Positions 45,716 to 54,621 of a stretch of DNA of 64,000 nt are shown here, one piece after another; positions within the stretch are counted from its first letter, which is position 1; every line of letters starts with the position of its first letter. Under the pieces are notes generated by a model. It made no database searches. It saw only the letters and a program-made list of their open reading frames with translations, and was not told the DNA's origin. The stretch lies in sequence record NC_047815.1; one strand, written 5' to 3'. Position numbers and translations under genes: made by a program.

Positions 45716-46113
45716 ATGAAAAAACGAAGTTCGCAAAGAATGTTATCGCGGGCGCTGTTGCCCAAACCTATAGCCGTCTAACGTTGGCGGCAAGTCAAGG
45801 TCTGTTTCTCTACTATCAAGACCTATGCCCCATCATGTATGGGATGCATTTTGATCGTCTCAGTGAAGACCAGTCAGAAGCACTTTGGCAGTTACTTGCA
45901 GTCACCATGGAACTAGACGCGGCGGCGGGCAGATTGCCTCTTGCTGCCTTGTTTGTCAGTCGTCGTAAGGGCGAACATCAACCAAGAGCCGCGTTCTATG
46001 AAGTATATAAAAAGCTGTATGGCGAAACGCTTGATGCCGAAGGCTGGCGCAAACTAGTCGAGCGCATCTGGCAATCATACGCCATGCCTCCCGAACTGTT
46101 GGAGCGATTATGA
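45712..46113 (+). CDS. Hypothetical protein, possible winged helix
   Basis: LYYQDL...GRLPLAALFVS. Confidence 0.7.
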   Translation: MNEKTKFAKNVIAGAVAQTYSRLTLAASQGLFLYYQDLCPIMYGMHFDRLSEDQSEALWQLLAVTMELDAAAGRLPLAALFVSRRKGEHQPRAAFYEVYKKLYGETLDAEGWRKLVERIWQSYAMPPELLERL

Positions 46114-46577
46114 AACAACCGAAGAAGATTTCAATCAGTCGTTCGTCTATGCGCCCTGAACAACGTGACCACAAGCTGGCAAACGTTGTGAACTTTCTTT
46201 TGGGTACGATTGGTACTCAAGCTACTATGGTCAGTCAGACCATGTTGCTAAACACAGCTAACTATCACTGGCTTACCTCAGTATCAGACACTCGAAGCGA
46301 TACAAAAGAAAATCGCCGTGTGTTGCACAAAACTGTAAAAGATCTAAACGCGTATTGTAGAAAGAATAAAATACCGTTGGGATTACTAATTATGCCGCAT
46401 ACCTCAGCGTCTGATTCGTCTGGGGATGATGTGTGTGCCATACCGTGGACGCATGTTAAAGCAAGTGCAGCACAGCGCAGCGCAATCAATTCACTATTCG
46501 CACTAAGCATGAATGATTATGGCGAACAGTTTGTGCGAGACGCAAAAACTGATTCAGAGGGCAGCGATGTTTTATAA
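46110..46577 (+). CDS. Hypothetical protein
   Basis: GGAG SD. Confidence 0.75.
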   Translation: MKQPKKISISRSSMRPEQRDHKLANVVNFLLGTIGTQATMVSQTMLLNTANYHWLTSVSDTRSDTKENRRVLHKTVKDLNAYCRKNKIPLGLLIMPHTSASDSSGDDVCAIPWTHVKASAAQRSAINSLFALSMNDYGEQFVRDAKTDSEGSDVL

Positions 46578-47820
46578 ATCAATCTTCACAACGGAAGAGC
46601 AGAACCTTTTTCTGCAACTAATGCAGTGGCGCTTAATCCCGAATGAAGTTCCGAAGTTTATGGAAAGTTCGCAGTGTGTGATGAAAGTCCGACACAGCAT
46701 CATTCGTTACAATCAAGCGAGTCAGGTGGTGGCAAACATCCTGCCTCGTATAGCACCTCGTACTGTACTGCGTATTGTCAGTGAAGTGCGTGCAGGCAAT
46801 CTTGGTCTGCCGCTCACTCAACTTGCTGTGTTGTTTGAGCTTGGCATGGGCGTTCCTAAGCAGCGCGACATTGCACGCTATATTCGTGCGTATGACCCAC
46901 AAGAAGATCATGAAGGTCGTACACTGAAACATATACGCAAGATGATTGTGCAGTATCAGCGCAATCTCAAGCGCAGCCTGTACAACATTCAGTATCTGCC
47001 ACCAGCACCATACGTTGCTCAGATGTTGAAGCTCCAGCAGTTTGTTCATCTGCGAGAAGGCGGCTACAAGCACAAGGTCAAAGTACCAGACGGTCTGCCT
47101 GTCGTGCTGATCTATGCAAACGACAAAGTTGCCGAAGCACAGTTTACACTAACTGATGCCTTTATGATTAGCCCTCTTGGTTATCCCGTGCCGTTTGCTA
47201 ACATCGCAATGCGCAAGGAGTTTGGTGCTGTCAAGACTTTTCAGAGTCGTGCGCTGCAAGGCAAGGGAATGTACAGCATGGTGTTTGGTGTTGTCTATTG
47301 GTCTGGTCAAAAGACAACAGCGATGATGCGCCAACTGCGTTGTCTCGACACAGAAGAAAGCTATGCTGTGTTGTTCGACAACTATCCTGAATTGTGCAGT
47401 GAGGAATTGCTTGAGTCGTATCAATACAAGCGCACTGATACCGAACAGCACATCGCAGCACTGGAAACTGTAAAAGAATTTCGTGACCAACGTAGTCTGA
47501 CACCCAAGCAGCAACGTCGCCTTGATCGTGCAAATGAATACTTTGCCGTTCGCAGTGAAGCTCTTGGTGATCTTGAGAAATTGGAGAAACGTGAGGCGCG
47601 TAATCTCGAAAAGACAGGGCCTGTAGCCACAGCACGTTTTTGTGCAATTGACGCAGGTACCATCGAAGACCGAGATACCTTTACCAGTGTGAAGAACCCT
47701 ATTGAGAAAGTTGAAACTGTGTTAGCGCGTTGGGGATTTGAAACCCTAGGCAAAGCCGCTGATCGCAGTTCTGTCCTGACTTATACGAGCGCACCGAAGG
47801 GTCGCTGTTGGTCACTATAA
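46567..47820 (+). CDS. Basic hypothetical protein
   Basis: GAGG SD before ATG 46567. Confidence 0.8.
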   Translation: MFYKSIFTTEEQNLFLQLMQWRLIPNEVPKFMESSQCVMKVRHSIIRYNQASQVVANILPRIAPRTVLRIVSEVRAGNLGLPLTQLAVLFELGMGVPKQRDIARYIRAYDPQEDHEGRTLKHIRKMIVQYQRNLKRSLYNIQYLPPAPYVAQMLKLQQFVHLREGGYKHKVKVPDGLPVVLIYANDKVAEAQFTLTDAFMISPLGYPVPFANIAMRKEFGAVKTFQSRALQGKGMYSMVFGVVYWSGQKTTAMMRQLRCLDTEESYAVLFDNYPELCSEELLESYQYKRTDTEQHIAALETVKEFRDQRSLTPKQQRRLDRANEYFAVRSEALGDLEKLEKREARNLEKTGPVATARFCAIDAGTIEDRDTFTSVKNPIEKVETVLARWGFETLGKAADRSSVLTYTSAPKGRCWSL

Positions 47821-47844
47821 CGTTATATCTGAGGAGATACAAAG

Positions 47845-50826
47845 ATGACCGATCAAAACACTAACGGTTCAGCGAAGTCTAGTGCTGAGGAACAACAGCG
47901 CGTGATTGACCAGAACCGTCACAACACAGCGGCAGCCAGTCAAGATAAGACTGCACTGTTTGTTGTGCTTGCCCCAACCAATGCTGACAACGAAGTTAGC
48001 AACGTTGATTGCAAAGGCGATTTCTTTGCGCGGCAGCTTGAAACAAAAGCAATTGACCGTCTGCCTGACATGTTGAGTCATGTTAGTCAGGGTCTGAAAG
48101 CACAGCACTCCGCATACGATTTACTGCTGCCTCAAAACGGCGTGCCTACTTCTATCGATGCGCGTGTGCAATTGAATGAGCAGTACGACGCCAAGATCGT
48201 TCGCTATACTGTAAACGTTTCAAAGTCGGCATTGATGCAACGTCTCAGCATGGCAATCTTCGATGTTGCTGGTGACCGTAACATCTATGACGTAGCAGCA
48301 CAGTACGGTATTCACGCTATTGTCCTCTCAGATGACAAACAAGCTGTAAATGTACTGCGTGAGTTAGAGTCTCAGCTTGTAGCGTCTAAAGCTGACTTTA
48401 ACTCGGTAATCGATATTGATGATGACGCGCTGAATACCGTGCTGATCAATGTCAACACATTGCCTGCTAATCCGAGCGTGCTTATCGAAGGCGTGCGTCG
48501 TACTTTCGCAATTCAAAATGCTAACGGCCAGTTGCTGGCACCGTCTAAAATTGGAGAACAAACTGTGGTAGATAAAAACAATGGTCCTGTAGATCTCGAC
48601 GAAGATAACTTTGAATCCGTTGATCAGGACAACGAGCAGTCCGACGAAGAAGAAGTGGCAACGGGCCGTGCGCTGCTGGGCTATCAAGCTGATAGCCTGA
48701 CTCAAGAGCAAAAGATTGAAGCTCTGACCGCTATCGATTATGATTGTTCCGAGATGGACGAAGAAGCAATCGACGAAGCGTTTTTGGTTGAGCAAGAGAA
48801 GTTCCTCGACAGCGAAGACGAAGACTCAGAAGAAGAATCTGATGAAGAATCAGAAGAAGCCGAAGACTTCGACGCTGCTGGTGAAATCACTGCTATCCTT
48901 GAGCAGTACGGTGATGACCGTGACCAGATCAAACGTCTGGTGCGTGCTGCTGAACTGAAAGTGCTGGTAGCCGATACTGCTGAAACGCTGGCTGCTAAAC
49001 TGATTGCTCATGTTGAAGACATGAACGAAGAACAGTTTGCCGAATTCCTGACTGATCTGATTGCTGCCGTTGAAGGCAAGCCTGTTGACGTTGCGCCGCT
49101 TAACGAGTGGTTCGATGATACCGACTCTACCGACGAAGAAGAAGACGAAGAGTCCGAAGATGAAGATGAGCAGGACGAAGATGAAGACGAAGATGAGCAG
49201 CAATCTGCCATCGACGCTATTACCGACCCGCTTGATTACTTCGACTATGCTGGTGGTGACCTGACTCCTGAACAACGTATCTCTGCGGTTGAAGCGATGG
49301 GTCACTCCACAGAAGGCCTGAACATCATCAAAGTGATGAAGCTGTTTAACCGTCTGAAAGAAGAAGTATCGCCAGAAACTCTGGACGAAGAAGACGAGCA
49401 GGACGCTCTGCAAGTTCAAGCAGACCTCGACGAAGAAGAGGAGATTGCAGACGAGTCAGAAGACGTAGTTAAGGCGCGTGCGTATCTCGCTGCTGCCGCT
49501 GCTGATGACCTGTCTATCATCGCCGAACTGGTTGGTGCAGATGCAACTGACCTCGACGAAGAACAGACTATCGAAGCCGTGTTGTTTGAAGGTGATATTG
49601 ATAATCTGATCGCTGCTGCTGATACGTACGGTGTTGAAGCTGACTCCGATATCTCCTACTGGGAATTGCTGGTGGCGTTCCTGGAAAGCTACTTCTCAGA
49701 AGATGATTCAGAAGAAGCGGACTTCGGACAAGATGAACCTCAGTCTGAAAACGAAAGCATCCTTGCTCAGGCTGGTGTTGAGAACAACTCTAATCCACTG
49801 GGTATCGAAGCTGTGTCTGGCGCCGACAACAGCGGTAGCTTGAAGTTCCTGCGTAATGCACACAACAGCCCAGCAGGTACGCTGATGAGCGTTGATATGC
49901 CGCAGTCGCTGATCATCAACTTCACGCTGACTGACCGTGCATCGTTTGAAGAATTCAACGAAGAACTGCAGGACGTTGACGGCCTGAACTATCGCTTCCC
50001 GTTTGTTCGTCCGAAGAAAGCGAACAAAGCACAAGGCGCGATGTACCAGCCTGCTGCGTCACTGATTGAAATCATGGAGCAGACTGCAACAAGCCGCTTC
50101 ATGGTCGACACTAATCAGTTTGATGTTGGTCAATTCAGCGAAGCACTGAATGCGTCACTGGCCACCAGCGTTGAGAACAACCTGTATGACGGTCTGCTGG
50201 AACCAGGCGCTAACCCGCACGAAGAAGGTCTCAAGCTCGGTGACTTTGTTGATGACGAAGAACTGACCGATGATGAAATCGCTCCTGAGTATTGGGACGA
50301 ATTCCAGGGTGCTGACTTGCCTATGCACGGTATCATCAACGGTTTCGTGGGCGTTCGTCCTGTGCAAATCGAAGAACTGCACAGCGTGTTGTGCCTCGGT
50401 GTGCTGAACGTTGCAGTGCCTGGTATCTGGGAACTGGACCGTAACAAAGTTGGTGAGCTGCTTGATGGCGCAATCAATGCTGTCAAATCTCTGCTGGCAC
50501 CGAACAACAACATCAAAGTACACGTGGGCTTCACTCTGAGTTCTGCCTCTCTGATTGTTGATGATACGCTGATGCATGTTGTTAATCATCTGCGTGATCA
50601 GGAAATGCTGTACAGCTACTCCTCTGCCGACTGTGCGTTGTTCGCAGACAACGAAGACGTGCTGGAAGCCGCTGCAAGTCTCGACAACAGCGAACGTCTG
50701 CCGCTTGAACTGCTGTCTACTGGCTTCGCTGGCAAGACGTTTGAAAACGGCGGTGACCTGACTATTCTGGTTCCTTGCTTTGAAATCGACGCTGACGAAG
50801 ACGAAGACGAAGCAGACGAAGAATAA
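47845..50826 (+). CDS. Very acidic 993-aa protein with short helical repeats
   Basis: GAGGAG SD; several D/E tracts. Confidence 0.9.
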   Translation: MTDQNTNGSAKSSAEEQQRVIDQNRHNTAAASQDKTALFVVLAPTNADNEVSNVDCKGDFFARQLETKAIDRLPDMLSHVSQGLKAQHSAYDLLLPQNGVPTSIDARVQLNEQYDAKIVRYTVNVSKSALMQRLSMAIFDVAGDRNIYDVAAQYGIHAIVLSDDKQAVNVLRELESQLVASKADFNSVIDIDDDALNTVLINVNTLPANPSVLIEGVRRTFAIQNANGQLLAPSKIGEQTVVDKNNGPVDLDEDNFESVDQDNEQSDEEEVATGRALLGYQADSLTQEQKIEALTAIDYDCSEMDEEAIDEAFLVEQEKFLDSEDEDSEEESDEESEEAEDFDAAGEITAILEQYGDDRDQIKRLVRAAELKVLVADTAETLAAKLIAHVEDMNEEQFAEFLTDLIAAVEGKPVDVAPLNEWFDDTDSTDEEEDEESEDEDEQDEDEDEDEQQSAIDAITDPLDYFDYAGGDLTPEQRISAVEAMGHSTEGLNIIKVMKLFNRLKEEVSPETLDEEDEQDALQVQADLDEEEEIADESEDVVKARAYLAAAAADDLSIIAELVGADATDLDEEQTIEAVLFEGDIDNLIAAADTYGVEADSDISYWELLVAFLESYFSEDDSEEADFGQDEPQSENESILAQAGVENNSNPLGIEAVSGADNSGSLKFLRNAHNSPAGTLMSVDMPQSLIINFTLTDRASFEEFNEELQDVDGLNYRFPFVRPKKANKAQGAMYQPAASLIEIMEQTATSRFMVDTNQFDVGQFSEALNASLATSVENNLYDGLLEPGANPHEEGLKLGDFVDDEELTDDEIAPEYWDEFQGADLPMHGIINGFVGVRPVQIEELHSVLCLGVLNVAVPGIWELDRNKVGELLDGAINAVKSLLAPNNNIKVHVGFTLSSASLIVDDTLMHVVNHLRDQEMLYSYSSADCALFADNEDVLEAAASLDNSERLPLELLSTGFAGKTFENGGDLTILVPCFEIDADEDEDEADEE

Positions 50827-50839
50827 AATCTGTTAATGT

Positions 50840-50862
50840 AGGGCGTAGCGCAACTGCGCCCT
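50840..50862 (+). terminator. Hairpin, possible terminator
   Basis: AGGGCGTAG-CGCAA-CTGCGCCCT. Confidence 0.55.
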
Positions 50863-50879
50863 CATTTCTGGAGATTGTA

Positions 50880-51764
50880 ATGTCAGAACACAACAGCACT
50901 GAACAGCAAGACAGCGGTATGATGTTGCGTGACCACATCGTATCCCTTGAGCAGCGTGTTCGTAATCTGAGTGGTCAAGTGCAGGACTTATCTGCCGAGC
51001 TTGCTCAAACCTCTACGAACCACACCAACAAAAGCATTGAGTGCCGTCGCCTGACTCGTGTGTTAGCTGAACGTGATGCGCAACTGCAAGCAGCAACAGA
51101 CCTTGCCTCAGAACGTAAAACAGCACTTGAGCAAATGATTTCAGTCGGTGAAGCTCAACGGAAACTACGTGAGACGGAATCTCGCACTGCTGAAAAGCGT
51201 TACAATGAACTGCGTAACCAGCTTGCTAAGCCTGCTGGAAATCAGAAATTTGTTATGAACATGATAATTAACGCTGCACTGAACGAACTCCGTTGTGGTG
51301 TTGAGCGTGCGTTGTTCATGTACAGCACAGCAAATCCACGCAAGACCAATCGGCATCGTGCTGCCGAACAAGCACTGCGTGAGCAATTAACTTTGGAAGA
51401 CGTTCCAAGTTCTTTGCAGGATATTGTAAAAGTATACTGCGTTACAACAAACACGGCGTTTGATATTGATTCAGTCCTCAGCGAACTTAGCGCCCATGTG
51501 ATGTTGTGCCGAGAGACGATTGAAGACAGCGATACGGCGTCCGGCATGTTCAATCAAATGTCAAGCACGATAGTCGCACAGCGTGCCTTGCTTGAGCAAG
51601 ACGTAGCATCCGAACCTGACGACATTCTGTTTACGTTTATGTATGACGTAATCAACGATGACGAAAAGCCTTACGGCGATTCGCTGATTGATGCAGTAAC
51701 AAAATTGTGTGTACGTTACGCACAGCAATTAAGTTTCGAACTTCCAGTTTTATCTGACGAATAA
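50880..51764 (+). CDS. Coiled-coil hypothetical protein
   Basis: Heptad pattern in N-half; GGAG SD. Confidence 0.8.
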   Translation: MSEHNSTEQQDSGMMLRDHIVSLEQRVRNLSGQVQDLSAELAQTSTNHTNKSIECRRLTRVLAERDAQLQAATDLASERKTALEQMISVGEAQRKLRETESRTAEKRYNELRNQLAKPAGNQKFVMNMIINAALNELRCGVERALFMYSTANPRKTNRHRAAEQALREQLTLEDVPSSLQDIVKVYCVTTNTAFDIDSVLSELSAHVMLCRETIEDSDTASGMFNQMSSTIVAQRALLEQDVASEPDDILFTFMYDVINDDEKPYGDSLIDAVTKLCVRYAQQLSFELPVLSDE

Positions 51765-51844
51765 AAAATCAGAATAAATCTGTAAATTGTAATTGAACCA
51801 CACACGGTAATTGTACCGCGACTATTAATCATCTGGAGTTTTAA

Positions 51845-52414
51845 ATGGCAAAGTCCACTAGCACTGCACTGGTAGCACCGACTCGTATCAACCGCATTTC
51901 TAAAAAGAGCGGTTCTATTTCACAGTCTGCTGCTAAAGCGTCTCAGATGCCGCACGATGTAACTATCACCGCTACTCAGGTTTACGATGTTCAGGGTTTC
52001 ATCACTGAACTGACTGCTGACAGCGTAACTATTCGTCACAAACGTGGCTTCGGTTCAAGCGCCCAGGTTCTGTCAACGTTCCCACGCAGTCAAGTTATCG
52101 AGCTGGTGGGTGATACCGGTACTTTCGGTAGCCTGAGTGTTCTGGGCAACGTGCCTGTTCGTACTCTGAAAGGTCAGTTGCTGTCGTTTAAGGGTACTCA
52201 AGTCATTGCTACTGACTTCGATACCAAAGAAGTTACCGTGCTGAACACAACCGTGCCTGGCGTGTCTATCACTTACGCTGTGAACGAAACTGCCGCTGCT
52301 AAAAAGTATGGCATTGCTGCTCCGACCAAAGGCAAGAAAGCTGACGCGAAAGCAGCGCCTGCTAAAGCTGCTAAAGGCGGTAAGCCAGTCAAGGCTGGTA
52401 AATCAAAAAAGTAA
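51845..52414 (+). CDS. Beta-barrel protein with K/A-rich tail; -1 frameshift would add VSSDEDF
   Basis: GGAG SD; ends TCA AAA AAG TAA. Confidence 0.85.
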   Translation: MAKSTSTALVAPTRINRISKKSGSISQSAAKASQMPHDVTITATQVYDVQGFITELTADSVTIRHKRGFGSSAQVLSTFPRSQVIELVGDTGTFGSLSVLGNVPVRTLKGQLLSFKGTQVIATDFDTKEVTVLNTTVPGVSITYAVNETAAAKKYGIAAPTKGKKADAKAAPAKAAKGGKPVKAGKSKK

Positions 52415-52434
52415 GTTCTGACGAAGATTTTTAA
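52405..52434 (+). other. Candidate -1 frameshift site and 7-codon extension
   Basis: A_AAA_AAG in phase; -1 frame GTA AGT TCT GAC GAA GAT TTT TAA. Confidence 0.55.
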
Positions 52435-52555
52435 TCGTCAGTAAATCTGTAAAGTGTATTCGTCAAGGGCGTTGTTGTTTTAACAGCGTCCTCAAAAACA
52501 AATCTGTAAACTTTATTCGAATCAAGTCGATTCTACTCAATAGGAAAAAGTTATC

Positions 52556-53347
52556 ATGGCAAAAGCTAAAGCAAATACCGCAACTATCGTTCTGGCAAAA
52601 ATCCTGGGTGTGTTCGTTGAGAACGCAAGCGACAAAGAAATCGCTGCTGCCCTGGCCGAAGCCGGTCTGACTGTTTCTGGTGGCAAAGTCGTTAAAGCTG
52701 ACAAAGCTGCCAAAGGCGGTAAAGGCAAAAAAGCTAAAGTGGCAACTGTTGAACAAATCGTTGCGGCTGTGAAAGAAGAAGAAGCAATCGACCTGACTGG
52801 CGTAAGCGAAGATGATCTGCGTGCTGCCGTTGTTAAGGCCAAGCTGTCTGCTGCTAAGAAAGCCAAAGCGCTGGACGAAGAAGCTCTGCTGGAGCTGCTG
52901 AACGAAGCGATGGGCGTCGAGTCTGACGAAGAAGAAGACGAAGACGACGAAGAAGACGAAGACGAAGAAGACGAGGACGAAGAAGAAGAAGAAGAAGACG
53001 ACTCGGACGATGAAGACGAAGACGAAGACGAAGACGAAGACGAAGACGAAGACGAAGACGACGAAGATGAAGATGAAGATGAGGACGAAGATGAAGATGA
53101 AGATGAGGACGAAGATGAACTCGACCTCGCTAATCTCGACGAAGACGAACTTCGCGCTCTGGTAATCGAACATAAACTGGCGCCTAAGAAAAAGGCTGCT
53201 AAGATGGACGAAGACGAACTTCGTGAACTGTGTGAAGCTCACTTCGGCGATGACGAAGATGAGGACGAAGAAGACGAAGACGAAGACGAGGACGAAGATG
53301 AAGACGAAGACTTCGACGATGAAGACGAAGACGAAGACGACGAATAA
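52556..53347 (+). CDS. Poly-Asp/Glu protein with two 39-aa HeH-like modules
   Basis: AGGA SD; D/E run 52919-53119. Confidence 0.9.
   Translation: MAKAKANTATIVLAKILGVFVENASDKEIAAALAEAGLTVSGGKVVKADKAAKGGKGKKAKVATVEQIVAAVKEEEAIDLTGVSEDDLRAAVVKAKLSAAKKAKALDEEALLELLNEAMGVESDEEEDEDDEEDEDEEDEDEEEEEEDDSDDEDEDEDEDEDEDEDEDDEDEDEDEDEDEDEDEDEDELDLANLDEDELRALVIEHKLAPKKKAAKMDEDELRELCEAHFGDDEDEDEEDEDEDEDEDEDEDFDDEDEDEDDE
52919..53119 (+). repeat. (GAAGAC/GAAGAT)n coding microsatellite
   Basis: 67 codons, all D/E except two Ser. Confidence 0.9.
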
Positions 53348-53425
53348 TAGCATCTAACGTGCTGCACTTCTGTAACTCTTAATCTGAGTCGCACAGAAAA
53401 AAGTTTGAAATTTCCTCGATAAAAC

Positions 53426-53454
53426 TTGTAGACGTATGTTGAGAATGATAATGT
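53426..53454 (+). promoter_or_regulatory. Possible sigma70 promoter for the H1-like gene
   Basis: TTGTAG-17-TAATGT with extended TG. Confidence 0.4.
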
Positions 53455-53541
53455 ACGTCTACAGGAAATCGAAACCCTGAACACTTTTGTTTTTAACTCG
53501 CGCACCACATACAGCGCAAATCAAAAATTCTGGAGAAGAAT

Positions 53542-54063
53542 ATGTCTAAGAAAGTTATCGCCGGTCTGAACAAAAACCTGAAAGCAATCGCTAAATCAGA
53601 AGCTGCCCTGACCAAAACTGTTAACGCCACCAGCAAAGAAATCGAAAACCTGGGCGCACAGCGTGCCGGTATCGAAGCGCAGATCGCTGAACTGTCTGGT
53701 GTTGCTGCTCCGGCTAAAGCGCCGAAAGCGCCGAAAGCTGCGAAAGCTGAGAAGCCTGCAAAAGCTGGTAAGAAAGAAAAAGCTGCTAAAGCTGAAAAGC
53801 CAGCTAAAGTGAAAAAAGAAAAAGCTGCTAAAGCTGAGAAACCTGCCAAGGCCGGTAAAGCTGCTAAAGCAGAAAAAGCTGCTAAGCCTGCTAAAGCAGA
53901 AAAAGCTGGCAAGAAAGTGAAAGCCGAAACCAAACCAGCTAAAGCTGACAAAGCTGCTAAAGGCAAAAAAGCTGACAAAGCTGCTAAGCCTGCTAAAGCC
54001 GGTAAAGCTGGTAAGAAAGCGAAAGCATCTGCTGACGAAGATTTCGATTTCGAAGTAGCATAA
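53542..54063 (+). CDS. Histone-H1/AlgP-like Lys/Ala/Pro-rich protein
   Basis: N-terminal coiled coil, KAEKPAKA repeats, C-terminal ADEDFDFEVA; GGAG SD. Confidence 0.85.
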   Translation: MSKKVIAGLNKNLKAIAKSEAALTKTVNATSKEIENLGAQRAGIEAQIAELSGVAAPAKAPKAPKAAKAEKPAKAGKKEKAAKAEKPAKVKKEKAAKAEKPAKAGKAAKAEKAAKPAKAEKAGKKVKAETKPAKADKAAKGKKADKAAKPAKAGKAGKKAKASADEDFDFEVA

Positions 54064-54071
54064 AAACTGCG

Positions 54072-54138
54072 GCGGGTGTTACGGCACCTGCGTAAAACAG
54101 AAGGGGTTGACACTGAATAAAAGGTGTTAACCCTTTTT
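54072..54138 (+). terminator. Tandem hairpins, second with U-tract
   Basis: GCGGGTG-TTACGG-CACCTGC; GGGTTGACAC...GTGTTAACCC-TTTTT. Confidence 0.7.
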
Positions 54139-54174
54139 GCATTCTATCAGAATTTTTACCTAGAAGGATTTACT

Positions 54175-54621
54175 GTGTCAGAACCCACTAACTTTCGCGC
54201 AGTGCTTGAATTGCGATTCTCACATGCAGCCGCTCTCGCACGAGCAATCTACACGCTGAAAAGTCACGCTGTGTTTGGTGGCATTGAACCCAACGAAGCA
54301 ACAGCGTTTGCTATCGGCCAGTTGTTCCTCGATGAAATCCTTCAAGGTAAATGTCCTCTAGTCCCTGATGTTGTCACATCCATTGACAAGTTGCAGCACG
54401 GCGTTGACGTTACGTTTGTGTCTCATGCTAACGCCTGCATTGAAGCATTCAACACAGTGCTTATGGGCTATGCTACCCGCACAGCACTGCATATTCACTA
54501 CACAGAACAAATGAAAGTCACTGACGGTCAAGCTGCCCGCCAAGTCTTCAACATTAATCTTGAAGCACAGGACCTGCTGCCTAAACCTAACACTTGTGGA
54601 GAACATTGTAATCATGGCTAA
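54175..54621 (+). CDS. Hypothetical protein
   Basis: AAGGA SD, GTG. Confidence 0.7.
   Translation: MSEPTNFRAVLELRFSHAAALARAIYTLKSHAVFGGIEPNEATAFAIGQLFLDEILQGKCPLVPDVVTSIDKLQHGVDVTFVSHANACIEAFNTVLMGYATRTALHIHYTEQMKVTDGQAARQVFNINLEAQDLLPKPNTCGEHCNHG

Noticed and set aside
2093-47312. GGTCAAA matches at 2093, 27306 and 47305
   Set aside because: Inside CDSs, lacking the upstream CAAA and a -10 at +37.
46567-47820. DNA-ligase-like nucleotidyltransferase
   Set aside because: Only vague echoes (KVPDG, VFGVVY); no proper KxDG motif or other ligase motifs.
52919-53119. Assembly artefact or non-coding VNTR
   Set aside because: Synonymous variation (GAC/GAT, GAA/GAG) and an intact frame indicate selection on the D/E peptide; exact length still needs read-level confirmation.
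54107-54112. Perfect TTGACA as a promoter
   Set aside because: No -10 at 16-18 nt; it is one arm of a terminator hairpin.
52463-54113. Long minus-strand ORFs (52463..53353, 53493..54113) and similar ones opposite 6227, 14104 and 47845
   Set aside because: Antisense shadows of low-complexity or codon-biased plus-strand genes (poly-F/V, A/F-rich); no SD, no motifs.
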